Shown in pieces: positions 1-13,329 of a stretch of 64,000 bases of DNA. Both the position numbers and the translations under genes were made by a program. Each line of letters opens with the position of its first letter. The stretch's first letter is position 1. Under the pieces are notes generated by a model. It had not been told where the DNA came from, did not search any database, and saw only the letters and a program-made list of their open reading frames with translations. The DNA lies in assembly GCA_036172245.1 (NCBI GenBank), contig JAYWIR010000006.1, positions 2,852,001 to 2,916,000 on the forward strand, given 5' to 3'. Source of the stretch: Raillietiella orientalis. Taxonomy: Eukaryota.

Positions 1-2189
1 GTGCCCACGCACTCCCATCCCCGTTCCGTGCGGCCTCGCTGGGGAGTAGCAGTGGTTTCCGGATGCACCGACCGCGCACCCTGATGACCAGCGAACGCCC
101 ACGTGCAGCGCAATTCCCCTCCTGGTTTCCGCCGGCTCGTCTTCACCTCGGTGGGCCGCGAGCCGTCCTTGGGATGTCCGAAGCTCTCCGACGCGGGAAT
201 TCTTCCCGCCTCCATCCGGCGGGAGCCAAGCCGCGTGTTCCACCGATCGCCGCATTCTGCAGCGCCCGCTCGCTGGAGAGGACCAGGCGCGGCCCTCGTT
301 TCATCCATGAGGGAGGACGCCACCATTCGATGCCCATAGGTGTTGACTTCCCACGGAGAAGTCGACGCAGAAGAGGAGCCGCCTGCTGCATCCGAACAGA
401 CGGCAAGGAGGAAGGACTCCCGTCGCCGCCTCCTGGAGCGCTGCGTCCTGCACCAACCCCCGCCGTTGCGCTCATCTCTCGGGAACACCTCGGAGGACTG
501 CGCGAAAGAACCTCCTGCCATGGATCCGAAGGGAGGGCAACCAGTCCAGAGAGGAATCCGCGACGAGGGCAGGTGGCTATCCTGATCCCAATCGCTGAGG
601 GACTCGAATAGCTTCTCGACCCATCGTCTCTCTAAATCAACCCACGCGTGAAGTAGTGATTGGTGATGAACGCCGATCTTAGGCCCGGTAAAGAGCGACC
701 TTTCGTGACCCTTTCGCCGCTTGCATCCTTCACCAGTTCTCTGAGAACCGTCGTCCTTGAAACTCGACGGACTTGTTGTCAGCTGGACGGAGAGAGTTGA
801 TGGACTCTGGCTGATGGTCGGGGTAACGCCGGAATGAGAGAGGTGGTCAACGGTGACGGGATCTTCGCCACGTATCAGCAGGATGGCGGCAGACATATCG
901 TCACGACGAGTGATCGCTGCAAACACGTTCGACCGTCAAGCAGGTTTTTTCGATGCCTCTCTCTCGCATCAGCAGATCACCTTGGCGTGCGACTGCCCAC
1001 GACGGAGAGAGGCACGATTTCCACAATAATTTTGTTTCAAAGTCCACTCTTGCGCGTTCGGGCCTGCGCCCACTCCGTGCAAGGACGGTCGGCTCCGGCT
1101 GGGTCCGCCGTTGCCCGTGCTCGGGGCTTCCCGCGTTTCGTTGTGTGACGTGTGGAAACGAGCTCTGTGCAGAGATGTGACTTCGGAAAATGCTGCACGG
1201 AGGCCTTCGTGCCGCCCGCAGGAACGCCTGAAAGAGTTCGAGCAAATCCACCTCGGGAAGTTGTGAAGCGGGTCGTCGCGAAAGGATGGAGTCCTGGGAA
1301 GGCAGATGAAAAAAAAGATGGGTGATGAAACGTCTGCCCGTGTCTTCCCATCCTCGCAAGTGCACACACGTGAGATACTCTGCGAATCAGACAGATACTG
1401 GCTGCTGCAGTGGGAGGACGGCGGGATTGATAAGCTCGAAGAACACGGAAGCGGGAAGCATCGGTCAGTGAAACCTCGCAGAGGATAGACGCGTGCTGAA
1501 GAACGACCACTCGTCCGAGAGAGACCAGGGCTGGAAACCATGGAATTCCGCTTAGAGGTCCGAGGGAGGCATCGTTCCGGCTGAACGCGGATGGATTTAT
1601 GGCGTGCCAACAACAGGTATATTCTTGAAGGATTTTTCCTCTCGTCTCCAAAGGGTGCTTGGATGCGTTGTTTTGCTGAAGAAGTACCGTGATACAAAAG
1701 TATTTTGTGCTCGACCTGCTATTTGGATCAAAAGATGTCGAATGCCGAGGCTGGAACGCGAAGCTGTTTCGGAAGACGTCGGTGCTGTCGTCCAGCGTGC
1801 AGAGCAGCGCCGAGACATATATCGGACGCCCCCCGAACGATCCCGAGAATAGACCGGGATGCATGGGCGAATCGCCTCCGGCAGCTGCAAAAGTGCTGTT
1901 TGCCCTTCTTTTGATTGCCGCGCGACGAGAGTATACTGGTTGGAGAGTATACTGCTTGGCGCAGCGGCGAGACCTCCCGAGCAGCGAGGAAAGCCACCGG
2001 TTCCAACTCCGGAAGATGAGCCAGCTCCCAAGAAGAAAATGCTGCTTTCGCTCTTGCAGTCCTTCGTGTAGTGTAGCAAGCTTTCCTTGGTGCAGCGATG
2101 ACTCTGGACAGGCAGGGAGGAAGGGAGAGAATCTGCGACAAATCCCAGATCTTTTCTAAAAAAGAAAAGAAGGTCCTCTAGAAGACTAG

Positions 2190-2950
2190 TTGTGTTGGCG
2201 GCCGTGTGGCTGGGATCTCCGCACGTAGCACCAAGCTTTGTGGGTTCGAATCCCCAACTGGAGGATCGATGCCGAGAACGGGAAGCGTATCGTGGGTTTC
2301 GAATCCCCCCGCAGGATGGCGCTCGTTGGATCATGGGCTTCATGTGCGGCACTCGTGGAAGTTGGAAACCGGATGCCTCCCGTTGAGCGGCTTCCAGGAT
2401 TGGAAGTCGAGCTTCCGGATTCTCTCCAGGAATTAGGAAACCGCTTCCCTCCGGGATTCCCTTCCGGTTGTAAAAATGAAGCCATATCATGATCTGGATG
2501 ACATCCTCTCGGGGGTTGTCTCTCCAGGGTGTAAGAAGTGCGCTGCTCCCTTAGGGGAGCTTTTTTTCGAGAAATTTGGAAGCGTTCCTTCAAGGCTCTC
2601 TTCAGAGGAGAAACAAGGAGCGGTGTCCTTTCAGGTTCCCTCTGGAGGAGAAATTCCATGAGCGGTACCTCTCTGGATCTCCTTTGGAGAAGCAGTGGGG
2701 AGTAACCTCCTTTGAGGAGCCCCATTGGAGAGAACAAGAGGTTCACCTCGGATACAACTGGGACGAGAGTTCCCCTCGGGGTTCCTCACCAAGCTTAGGA
2801 GGAACGGATTCCTTTCTCTGGAGCCTTCGTAGGTTCATAGGATGGTCCCTGCGGGGTTGTAACTTACAACTTGAGGTGTTGCACGCACCTTCGGGTGGCG
2901 TGGACAGCGTTAAAAAGCTCTGTGAGTCCTCCCTAAGAAGGCGAACGGTT
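2190..2950 (+). mobile_element. Copy of a dispersed repeat module (twin tRNA T-arm-like motifs followed by a GGAA/TTCC-rich low-complexity block); probably the 5'/ORF1 region of the resident Tx1/L1-like LINE
   Basis: Shared blocks (gggttcgaatccc; ccaggaat(t/c)a(a)gga; gaggaacgga..cc; tcgggtggcgtggacagcgtt) recur at ~9790-9950, 12245-12950, 14420-14950, 24660-25240, 28790-29240, 45290-45830 and 53850-54150. Synonymous changes between copies favour the frame HAPSGGVDSV(E/K)(E/K)L. Confidence 0.65.
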
Positions 2951-4109
2951 CTGTAGCACTACGAATCAAAAAAAAAGATGGAAGGAAAGCAGAGAGTTCC
3001 CATCATTCAGCAGTTTTACCTTTTGACATGGAATTCGCTCTTGGAGTACCTTCCTTCTTGCTGGAAGTTTAGAAGCTTTCCTCTCTATGAAGTACTTTAG
3101 ACAACCACTGAAGGTCAGATGGGATTCTGCTCTCTTTCTGCATCCATGCGAGGCGTTTTCCCGCCGTCAACGAACGTGTCTGCTTTCCTCATTGGAAATT
3201 GCCTACGTTGTGCTAAGAAGACTAAGAAGACTCCTTTCCAAGAAGACTACAATCGACTACACTGTGCCTTCGAGATGGTCATCTCGAAGGCTCAGTGTGG
3301 TCAATTCAAAACTCCAATCGAGAAGGCAGAAGCAAGCAACTCGGATCCGGAAGCAAATGGTACGGGAGGGAGGATTCCATGTCACCATCGTAGGTCACCG
3401 TCGCATCTCATACCCTTGTCACACGAACATCCTACTCCTCCAAGAGACCTCGTGCCTTCACGCTGGCGCAGCTATAATTTCTAATCATCCCGACTTTCCC
3501 TCTTGAAACATGGAAGTCATACTTCCCCATTCCCGCCTGCAGAATTTCGTCACAGGAATTCCTACACTCGCAGGAATCTTGCTGTTTCGCTATCCACCCG
3601 AATAGCTCCAAGGACTCCTCATTGTAGGAAGCGGCTGAGTCCGTGGTTTGGAGAGCTCGCCGGCACACCAAAGTATGCGTCTTGTTCAAGTGGCACGGGA
3701 AGAAGAAAAAGAAGGAACGAGCGGAATAAGATGACGTGCTTTTCTCTCGCGAGATGGGGGCACGTGGATCTCGTGGCAAAAGACCATTCAGCCTGCGTCG
3801 AGCCTCCAGAAAACCCATCCGAGAAGTCCCCGGCGATGAACCGTGGACGGTTGCAACATTTCCCCCGAAACTCTCGCATGATCACCCTACGTTCTGCACC
3901 ACATGATCCCTGTCAAACGGAACCGAGCGCCAGAAACTGTAGCATACGGAACCAAGACCAAAAGTCGCTGTCCCATGCCCCTGTCTCCGTACTATGGAGG
4001 CGGTGCGAGGACTCACAGCAAGCAAGTAATATCCAAAAGAAAGGGCAAATATTGATGGGGAAAAAAGAAAAAGGAGAGCTAAAAACTGCTCCTTGCTTTT
4101 CAAAGAAAG

Positions 4110-4560
4110 AGTCATGAGCACTTCGTTGCAAAATGCAATTCTAGAGCGCCTATCTCAGGCGCACTGAAGATGATTGATGCAGAGTAACTAAGATTCCAGA
4201 GGTTTCGCGATTCGGAATCTTCCAATATCATCCTAAGGTGGTTGTAGTATCTTCTTAAGTACCACCTTTCGGAGTGACTGCTTAGCAAGATCCTTGACGG
4301 CGACATCGGGGGGTGTTGGGAACTCGAAGCAACTGTCTATGATGAAAGGGTCTGCTTCATCGGACAGTCGCATCATTCCCTTTTTTCAGTCTCCGTAGAG
4401 ATACTGATTGGCAGCTCTTGCAAGAAGGTTCCGCGCAGTCTTCAGAAGCACGATGTAGGAGTAGCTGAAACTCATCGTGATGCTGCAAAATTCCCGTGTC
4501 TCTACAGATAAAAAAAATTGATACTCACCAAAGATTGGAACAAACAGTCCCTTCAGAATG
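4110..4560 (-). mobile_element. Degenerate LINE apurinic-endonuclease-domain remnant
   Basis: Broken frames with EN-like pieces (GEYQFFLSVETR; an RL-DR-like motif near 4150-4165). Heavily decayed. Confidence 0.3.
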
Positions 4561-7500
4561 AGAGATGTATCGAAAGAATGCTGACTTCTGGCCATGCAGC
4601 AGCAGCCGAGCCAGAACGAAGCCAGAACGGCATGATCCCCAATCAACCCGTGCTTTCGAGATACCTGCGTAACGGCATTTGCACCACGAACCAAACCGTT
4701 GGCACAGTGTGGGATTTTCTCCGAAGAAGAAGGAGGTGTTTCTCGGCAGCAGATTCTACCGGAGACTGGACCGATTCGCGCTTTAACCCTTTGGGTGAGG
4801 GGCTCATACGATTGAAACGTCCTGTGTTGACCACACGCGAGTCGCAGTGGCGACCTCTGCGGACGGCACTCTTTCTCGCTTGCCGCGTGCTCGATCGAGG
4901 TACCGACTGACCACATAAAGTGCTGATTCAATTTACTATTGTAATTGTTTATTTACACCTCATTAAATAGAATCGTTTCATTTTTCCCAAATGTACAGTA
5001 TTCATTTAAAAATGATAATTCCAATGAAATCAATAATTCATTTGGGCGTGGTAGAGCATAATAAATCGTATACGACACAACTACAACATTATGCTATTCT
5101 CGGTTTTTCAGAGAGTCACCTCTCGGACACTGGTTAGCCGATAGAAATAGAATTTCGTTTGCTGCCGTTGCTAAGGGAATGATAAGAACGTGAGTGCAGG
5201 CGTCCATCTCAAACGTGGATAGTGCCAAATTAATTCGCGTGTACGAGGTAGGTAGAAACATTTGCCAGACGCGTCGACGCGTCCACAATGCGCAAAGGGT
5301 TAAAAAAGAAAAGACCAGTGGCTCCGCTTCGATTGGGCCAAAAACCTCGGCATGGCTGCGTTTCCTGGACTTCGACCTCCACTCTTAGCTCATCTTATTA
5401 AGGCTCGTCGCAGGTACTCAGAGTTGCATCAGTACGCTGCAACGCCACGACTTTGCCACGACTCCAGCGCAGACCGTGTCCAGTGCGATCCACACGTGAC
5501 GAGAGTGTACACACCAAAGTGCTTGCGGGAACGCGAGCGTCCATCGGGAATGGCGCGCTCAGTGAAAATCTCCACAAAGGGCAGGGCAAGGAGGAGTCAG
5601 ACTCCTCACTGGGGCTTCCGAGAGCGGCCGGCCGAAGCCCCCAAGTCTCTCACTACTGCTGTTCAAATCCGGCGTGTAGGGACTCCTCCCTCCTCAGGAT
5701 TTGCTCTCCAGCACACTTTCAGGGGCCCACGAGCCAGAAAATCTCTCCACTCGCTGGAACAGAAGAATTCTTGTGTTCGCTCAGAGTGAGGGAGGCGGAA
5801 GTGAGCGGTGACAAACACCACGGCGCGAGAACGACGGCACTAAGCGAGCCGCTGCTCTGATTGACCAGCTGGCCGTGAGATGCAACGGCGAGTGCAGGAG
5901 GCAGGGAGATTCCACGACTCCTTTGAGAAACGCTTGCCGTTCCCGTTGCACTTGCTGAAATCCCACTCGGGATGGCATCGACTGCTTCGGCCGAAGCAAG
6001 AAGGATGGCCTCTGGCCAGGTCCGATGCCAGGTAGAACTTCTCACCCAGAATCACCGAGTCACGCATCTAATACAACTGAATGACATTTGTGCAGCTGGA
6101 GATGGCAGATGTCCTGCAAGGAACGGAAGAGACCACCCTCGCTGGAGGCGAAACTTGGGAGGAGTAGAGGAAGAGGGCGGAGGACCAACTAAGAAACAAA
6201 TAATCGGAGATTGGGAGGGACCGGCCTCACGGCAGTGAGCGTCATTCTCGAGGGCCCACGCAGGATGATGAAAAGATGTAAGTGAAAGACTTTCCCGCCG
6301 TTCCCCTGCTCTTCGCATGCAGGCAGTCGCAAGTGGTCCTCCGGGACGACGGTCACGCCCTCCCTTCCTCTATCATGAAGGTCACCGCTGCTCGCGCGCT
6401 GCGGAATCACCGGACAGGAGGAAGCTGCTGGCTTTGGAGAAGTAGACGCCCCTCGATGGAGGTCCTTGGTTGGAAGCACTGGGCAGCGGAATGCTCGCAT
6501 TCCTGACCCAGCCGCCCGCGTCCAAGAAGCCCGTGCGGCAGTGCACCCTCTATCCCGGAGGTGGGTGCTGCCCTTGGGCGCGCTCCTGGCCAAAGAGGGG
6601 TGGCGTTCTAGGGAGATCCCGGTGCCCACGGGTTCGACAAGATGGCCGTCCTTGTGCAATGAAGAGGAACAACAGGAAGTGCTCCAAGAAGACCGGGATT
6701 TTTCGCCGGGAACGCCGAGCAACTGGATCCACCTTCGCGGTCGCTGAGCGAGGTCTTCGGTCGTGCCTTTGTTCTCCAGTCGAAGCGCTATCCATTGCGC
6801 AATGATGGGCTTGATGAGCAGGAGCCACGTGCCAATGAGGCACTTCTCATGCTGCAGGAGTACCTACCTCTCCCTCATCTCACCAATGCAGGAGACGCCA
6901 GACCTGTAGAAGAATCGATGGAAGCGAACCAAAAGGAAAGAGAGATTGCTTTCCTCCCCGGATCAATCCGGATCAGCGCTGCTGCAGCTTCAACACAGTC
7001 TTCACCAGTGTTGTTTCACAATTTGTCGAAGAGTTCAAGCAGGACGGACGTACGCTTCGTGAGCGCGCAGTTCCCTGTGGCACGAGAAACACCACATTCG
7101 AACGCACAGGAAATAAAACATATCGGAGTTCCAAAGAGGGTTTTCAGAGCGGATGAGTTTTCGAGGAAGATTTCAAATAAAGGAATACTTGGAATAAAAT
7201 ATTATATCAGCATAATGTTATATAATACAATAACGTAATATTCCAGGATTCTGTGATATAATAGTATGATACTCAATGTGAATGACATGATACTGCATGA
7301 TTCTGTAACATAACCCGATTCTATGGCACAATAACACGGCATTCGGATGTTCTATGATGTGGTATGGGGAAATCGAAATGTCAAAAGGGAAAAAAAGCAC
7401 TTTGTTAGAATTACGGAAAAGTTAAACAAAGAGGATGAGGTAATTCATTCTGTAGCTTTTAACGCGTGCAGTTTGCACATCAACTAGAAGCTCCAAACTC

Positions 7501-8129
7501 AGTTGAACAAAAAATCCCTTAGATGGATGATTTGGAGGGTACAAACGGACGAAAATGAGCGCTCTGCGATGTTCCAATCGGTTCCCGAAAAGGACCTTCT
7601 AGGAGTAATTAATGCTGGAATAAGAATCGACCAGTGAAGCTGGCTGCATTCGGGAAGGATAAGTGCCCTCACCTGCTGGCGGCGCAGCGGGAAAAGGTCA
7701 CAAAGATTGCTGAATCGGAACTCCGATCCAACACTTTGCTCTTTCGCCTGCCCTCATGCACAGGAAAACGAACCGAATGGGGGTGAGCTCAGGGATCGCA
7801 GTGCTCTGGAAACGGCCATGGGGCAAAAAAGCCTCTCGAGACGACGTCACCTTTGAAAAGCTGCTCAGGCAGCAGAGTACACACCCCTCGTGATAGAATG
7901 CGGTAAAGCGATGGACCAGTGAAGGGAGGACGAGGGGCTTTTTTCCGGCTCCTGTCGCGTTTCAGGTCATTTTCCGGGATTCGCGCTGCAGGCAAGACGA
8001 CGATGAGAGGATGCCTTGAGAGAGAGTAGAGGGTAAGGAAGGAGCGGAAGGATCCTGCTCGGCTGGAGGACCGAACGACTGAGGAAGCTCATCGTAAACT
8101 TTCTGGAGGACGCAAAGCCAAAGCGATGA

Positions 8130-8680
8130 GGGCAGGGATATGACACTATTTAGGCAGCATCTTATCCTTTACATCATGACCCAGAGAAGTTCAAGTTGAT
8201 AAGTTCTCGCTCAGAGATGATGAAGATGGACTGGCATCGCCTCGCCATTTCCAGGAGACTGAGAAGAGCGCATTCCCGGGGGATGCTTCCTGTAAAGCTG
8301 CTTTTGATTATGGCACTCATAACGTCAGTCCCAAGTGCCATCGCTGCAAGAAGCAGAGGCATTAATCAAAATCAAGAGGACGATGGGAGCCCAGCGAAGA
8401 TTAGTGAGCCGTGTGACCCAGAGAGTTGGTTTCTCACTGTAGGGAGCTTCCCTTGACGGATATGGGTTCTGACTCGAAAGTCAGGAAGGCTATTTAACAA
8501 GAGAGGGACCGATAGCACCTCCGAAAGGATGTTCGAGAATCTTCGGAAGGAATCCCATGGCAACCGGGTTGCCACTTTAGATTAATATCGGGGAGAAAGC
8601 CATTTCTATGGTCATTCCCGATATGATTTCAAGTCCAGTTGAAATAATCAGCAGCAGCATCACTGGAGAGAACGAAAATG
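8130..8680 (-). mobile_element. Degenerate LINE reverse-transcriptase remnant
   Basis: Minus-strand pieces resemble RT motifs in the expected order: CYRSLS-LLN (cf. NYRPISLLN) and TGSIPRECALLSLL (cf. RGVRQGCPLSPLL). Confidence 0.45.
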
Positions 8681-9789
8681 GACGTGCATCCCTGCGATCT
8701 GCAATTCAATCTAGGAAGGGTCCCAGATCTGCGGGGCGATGATGGGGAAGGGGGTGGGGGAAGGGAATGAGAGAAAGGGGGAGGGGGAGAGAATCTTTGA
8801 AGCGCGTCGGTCTGCATTTCGTGATCTTCCGCGAAGGAGCCGCTTCCGAACGTTGTTGTCACTTGTCGCCAAAGTAGGTGATCCTTGGTGTGCAAGGGTC
8901 GCGCTCTCCGGTAATAAGCAGCTTCCGGTATGCAGCAAACAGATCGGCCTATCTCAACGGATCTTGCGGTCTCAGTCAGTCGTACGAAACAAGCGTTCAA
9001 GGACCGATCGAGTCGGCGGGACGCACCCGGCCAGGAACTCTTGCCGGAGAGCCCCAGCCCAGCGAGGAGACCATCCCGGGAAACGTCCGCAACGGATTTC
9101 CGTAACTCGGGAAGGCTATCGATAGGATCCATTGATGGGGCACCTGAGCTGCGCCGCACAAGATTGCCTCGCTTCTAGAAACGCAGCACCGGAGCGAAAG
9201 AAAAGTTGGCAGAGAAACCTGAATGGCGGTCAGGCGCCACGGAAGGTCAGCTCTAACGGAAAGGAAACGACCCTTCCAGGCAAACTCGCTGCTGGACTCT
9301 CGGAACTCGGCAGGATGGAAATCCTGCGCCGCGGCGGCGCACTGTTTCCTCAGCTCTTGCGCGTAGGCGGCAGGCTGCTTAGGCTGATCCGAAACGGAAT
9401 GCACCCCGCTGTCGTCATGGCGACGACCCGCAAGCTGGGATCTTCCGCCGGGAGGTAAACCCCTCTTGCTGTCTCATTGGAAATTCCGTGCTTCTTGGAG
9501 ATGCTGCTACCTACCAGCGAATCAACCAGATCTCAGGATCCAAGGAACGTTGGATGATCGATGAAGGAGCTGCCAGGAATGTTCCAGCCTGTATCATTAG
9601 CACAGAGGAAGACTCTCCGAGGGGTGGGGCACGCTTCTCCCTATCGCATCTATCCTAGTGCGATGAGAGCCCCGCACCGCACCCTACGACTCGTCGTGCC
9701 CCACGCGGCTGGAAAGGAAAGGGGCAACAACCTGGAACCCGCATCTTTCCATCTTTCGGAGGCCGCAGCTACGAAGACCGCCAAAGCGG

Positions 9790-9950
9790 GTCTGGGGGCT
9801 GCGGTCTCCGCCGCATGGCACCAAGCGCTGCGGGTTCGGATCCCACCCGGGGAAAAACTGACGCCGAGAACGGGGGGAAGCGTCTTGAATTTTGATCCCC
9901 TCTCCCTCAGGACGACGCTGGTTGACCTATTCGGGTGCGGCGGCACTTAT
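9790..9950 (+). mobile_element. Partial copy of the dispersed repeat module (tRNA-like part)
   Basis: gcatggcaccaagcgctgcgggttcggatcccacccggggaaaaactgacgccgagaacggg aligns with 2222-2290 and 14450-14510. Confidence 0.6.
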
Positions 9951-10914
9951 GGAAGCCAGGAACCGAATGCTCCCACTGATTGGCTGGGCTGGAAGCTTAT
10001 CCAACGGGGTCCTCAGTTGATACTCCCCTCGAATGTATGCACGGGAGACCAGGGAGGTGCTGTTGGTGGTGCATTAGGGCCCCTTCAAGGACAAGGAAGC
10101 GGAGAATACGGATTTCTGAGGGCGCCTCCAGCAAGCCGATCTGAAGAACGGAAACTTCCCCCCCACCAATGCACTTTCCAGGACGATACCGGTACGTGGG
10201 ATGATGCGGAATGCGTCTTCCCACTCTGCGGGTCCTCGTGGTGCTACCTACAGCTCGCCCATCCTTGTTCCTCCCTTGGGGCGCGAGGCTGAAGGGAGCG
10301 ACACTTCCATCCCGGTTTTCGTCCCGGGACCTGTGGCGCCGTCGTAGCGGAGGGAAGAGCTCGTTTGCGGGGAAGGAAAGGCGGAGGGAGGTTGCGGCCC
10401 TCACGCGTAAGATCCACCGCGGTGGGGCACTAGGGGTGGGTAGAGGAGTGCTTCAACTGCTGACTCAGGACGGCGTCCTCGAGGGTGAAGAATTCCGGAA
10501 CGCGTGGAGCGGGGTCGGGGCAGAGTCGACTCACCCGTGCTGCCCGCAGATGGCTGCGAAAAAGGAGAAGACCGAAGAGCAGAATGGGCTGTCGTATGTA
10601 GTCCTCCGCCTCGGAGGAAAAACTTCGCGTTCCAATCACGCATCCAGTCGGATCTCTTGGTCAGATGCCTTAGAAGGTCCGTGGCGCTTGGATTCGTCCG
10701 AGCATCCAACGGTCTATCCCCATGAGCTGCGTAGGTCGCGGCTTGGGATCGATCAGCACGCCGGTGTGCTGGCTCCATGGCAGGCTCTTACAGAGATTTG
10801 AGGCAGAGGAGTTTGGGATAGACGTCCCATGAAAGAGGTACCTTCCAGTGCGCCGCCCCGCGCGTGCCTCGGGCATAGGTGAACGCCATCTGGTAACCGT
10901 GCCTATAAAGTTCC

Positions 10915-11090
10915 ACACATGTCTCCAGAATTTTCAAGGAAAGTGGAATGGGAGTGCGCGAATGAGCCGAAAGCGTGCTGTTTCATGTTGCAGTCTCATT
11001 CTGAGTCCATCCAGGATGAATTTTTTTCTCCAGGATGGAATAAAATTGATGACGACAGGAGACCGTCCCATAAATCTTCACCAGAAAACT
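10915..11090 (+). mobile_element. Possible very old mariner transposase C-terminal remnant
   Basis: KRAVSCC..SPSRMNFFLQDGIKLMTTGDRPINLH resembles the mariner C-terminal K.AV..W..SQ..FF.DGI.KL..RW.KCI.L pattern. Weak match. Confidence 0.25.
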
Positions 11091-12244
11091 CGTTTAGGCA
11101 GTAATGTAGTAATGGGCGAATAGTAGAGTGATGTGCATGAATTATCCCCACAAGAAAGAGGGAAATCTGAACTGAAGTTCATGAAGGATCAAAGAATGAA
11201 AGGAGGGAAGAAACGGCTGGATTCTGGTTGCACAAATCACTCACGTGATTCTCCTGCTTCCCCAAAATAATTACACAATTATGCCGTGCAGCTGTGGGAC
11301 CCAAATCTCCTGCAAGAGACTGCAGTAGAGTCTCAGGAAGAAGCTGGCTGCTGGTATGAGAGTCTCGCGTTACGAAGCTCAGATGAATGCGGGACGGGTC
11401 TATGTAGGAAGAGTGCTTGGAAGATGCTAACTCTGCCGCCGTGTACAGCTCCGAAAGACCGAATGTTTCTTGTACACTTCCTCCCTGAAAATTCGAGAAA
11501 GCATCGACCTGGAGGCGACTCCTGCAAGGCGGCGTAAATGAATCGACAACTAGCAATGGCAAGCAGGAAGCACGATGCTTCTCATCAAGGAAAAAGAAAA
11601 ATCTTCGAAGAAAAATGCAAGCGATGCCTTGCACGTATCCACGGAGGCGGTTCGCTTTTTTTTCCCATCGTTTGCACCTCTTGTTGAGTTCCCTTCGAAG
11701 AAATGCTCTCCTTCCTCTAATCCTGCGGGATTTCCAGGAGGCCAACAGTAGTTCCAGCTCATTCCAAAGACTGTTGATTGCACCCGATGGCAGAAAAAGA
11801 AAAGAAGGGAAGGAGGGAAGAGTGCGAACAAACGAAGCGCACGTTCTCCGCCACCTGCTCTTGCTGTGCATTCTCTTCCTTTCATTCTCGTTGCGAGACT
11901 GCCTGATGATTCTTCCATCGAGGGTGGTGACCCATTCAAATTCCCCCGATACGTGTTCCGGGATGTCCAGGAGGGTAGCACTTCCTCTCGGGTGTGCTCG
12001 GCCTGTCCCTCCGTGGTTTCAGCCCGAGTCTCACACCGCGGCACCTCTTGCTGCATCCCGACATCTTGGGAACCTCAAGACAAGAGCGTTCTCTTGCTGT
12101 TCTCTTGCAGGCACCAGCTTGGAGCCAATCCTTGACACGTGCAGTACGAGGCAGGCAGCGTCCAGTACGAGGACATCTCATCTCCCTACCAAAGCGAGTT
12201 CGGCTTTTGCTTCGTATACCCATTCCTGGAACTTTTCTAATTCT

Positions 12245-12950
12245 TCAAGATAGGGGGTACCCCAGGAGGGGTCCTCTTTATGAATCCAGGAAGGACTCGG
12301 AGTCCGTTCCTCTCACGCCTGGAGAGGGATCCCCGAAGGGAACACACCTCCACCTTGGTTGTCTCCGAAGGGAACCCTTAAGGGAATCGCCTCCCTTATT
12401 CCCTCCGGAAAGACCGCCGGAGGGGTCCTTTCCATTTTTCCTTTTTTGAAGGGAACCTGGAAAGGATTCGCCAGTAGGAATTTCTTCTCCGAAGGGAATC
12501 CTCACAAGGGAACCACTCCTGTTTGCTCTTCCTCTGAAGAGAGCCAGGGATCATATCTCAGAAGGGCTCTGCTTCCCCGAAGGGATCATCTCTCTGCTCT
12601 GCTCTCTCTGAAGAGGTGGCGACACACCAACTCCATCAGTACGACACGGAGGGTGCCCTCGAGACGAGGGGTCCACCCTTTTGCACAATCGGGGGGGAAT
12701 CCCCACTCCTTGATTCCTGGAAAGACCCGGTATTCGAGTCTCATTGTTCCGGGCACTCATCAGAGTTATTCGATTTTAACCGCTACCAGTGCCACATTGA
12801 GTGAATGGAGGCGAACTAGCCTCATCTTGCGGGCGAAACTCGAACCCACGCACTGTGGGGATTCTTTCGGAGCATTCGAACCCGCGACGCATGGTGGTGC
12901 CACGCGCGGTGACCACAATTACAGGACCTCTAACGCGACCTACTCCTAGT
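12245..12950 (-). mobile_element. Copy of the dispersed repeat module
   Basis: Reverse complement contains cgcgggttcgaatg, gtgggttcgagt, tttccaggaatcaaggag and gagaggaacggactcc, as in the 2190-2950 copy. Confidence 0.65.
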
Positions 12951-13329
12951 GCCCCGGAGTAGCCCTCTTCACCCAGGTAGCCGGCTCGTCACGTTTTCGC
13001 AATCGCAGTCCTGTTTGCTGACGCATCGGTTAAGGATCGTGCTTTTGGTGTAGGAGGTGTCGAGGGTGTGTGCCTACCCTCTGCATCTTCTGCACCACCA
13101 AACCACTGGTGCCGTCCCCGCCAGTACAGGTGGAAGATCGCGTTGCGACACGTTGCTGAATCCTCCATCCGCCGATCGAAGAACAAGGAATGCCTGAAGC
13201 CAGGTGCTGCCCAGTTCCGGACGTGGTCTCCGCCTGACCCGGCTGCTTTGCGGTGAGGGGTGTCCATGCTGCCTTGCGATCAGTCATGCGTGGGGCTGGA
13301 GGCGATTTACTTGTGGCAGGAGTCGGCAC

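Noticed and set aside
63..2160. Many overlapping 100-300 aa ORFs in GC-rich regions (also 57.7-63.6 kb)
   Set aside because: Open on several frames and both strands, Arg/Pro/Ser-rich, with no domains. This is expected in GC-rich TE debris.
7195..7370. Degenerate ~5-nt periodic AT-rich repeat (ataat/atgat)
   Set aside because: Ordinary decayed microsatellite with no repeat-spacer structure, so not CRISPR-like.
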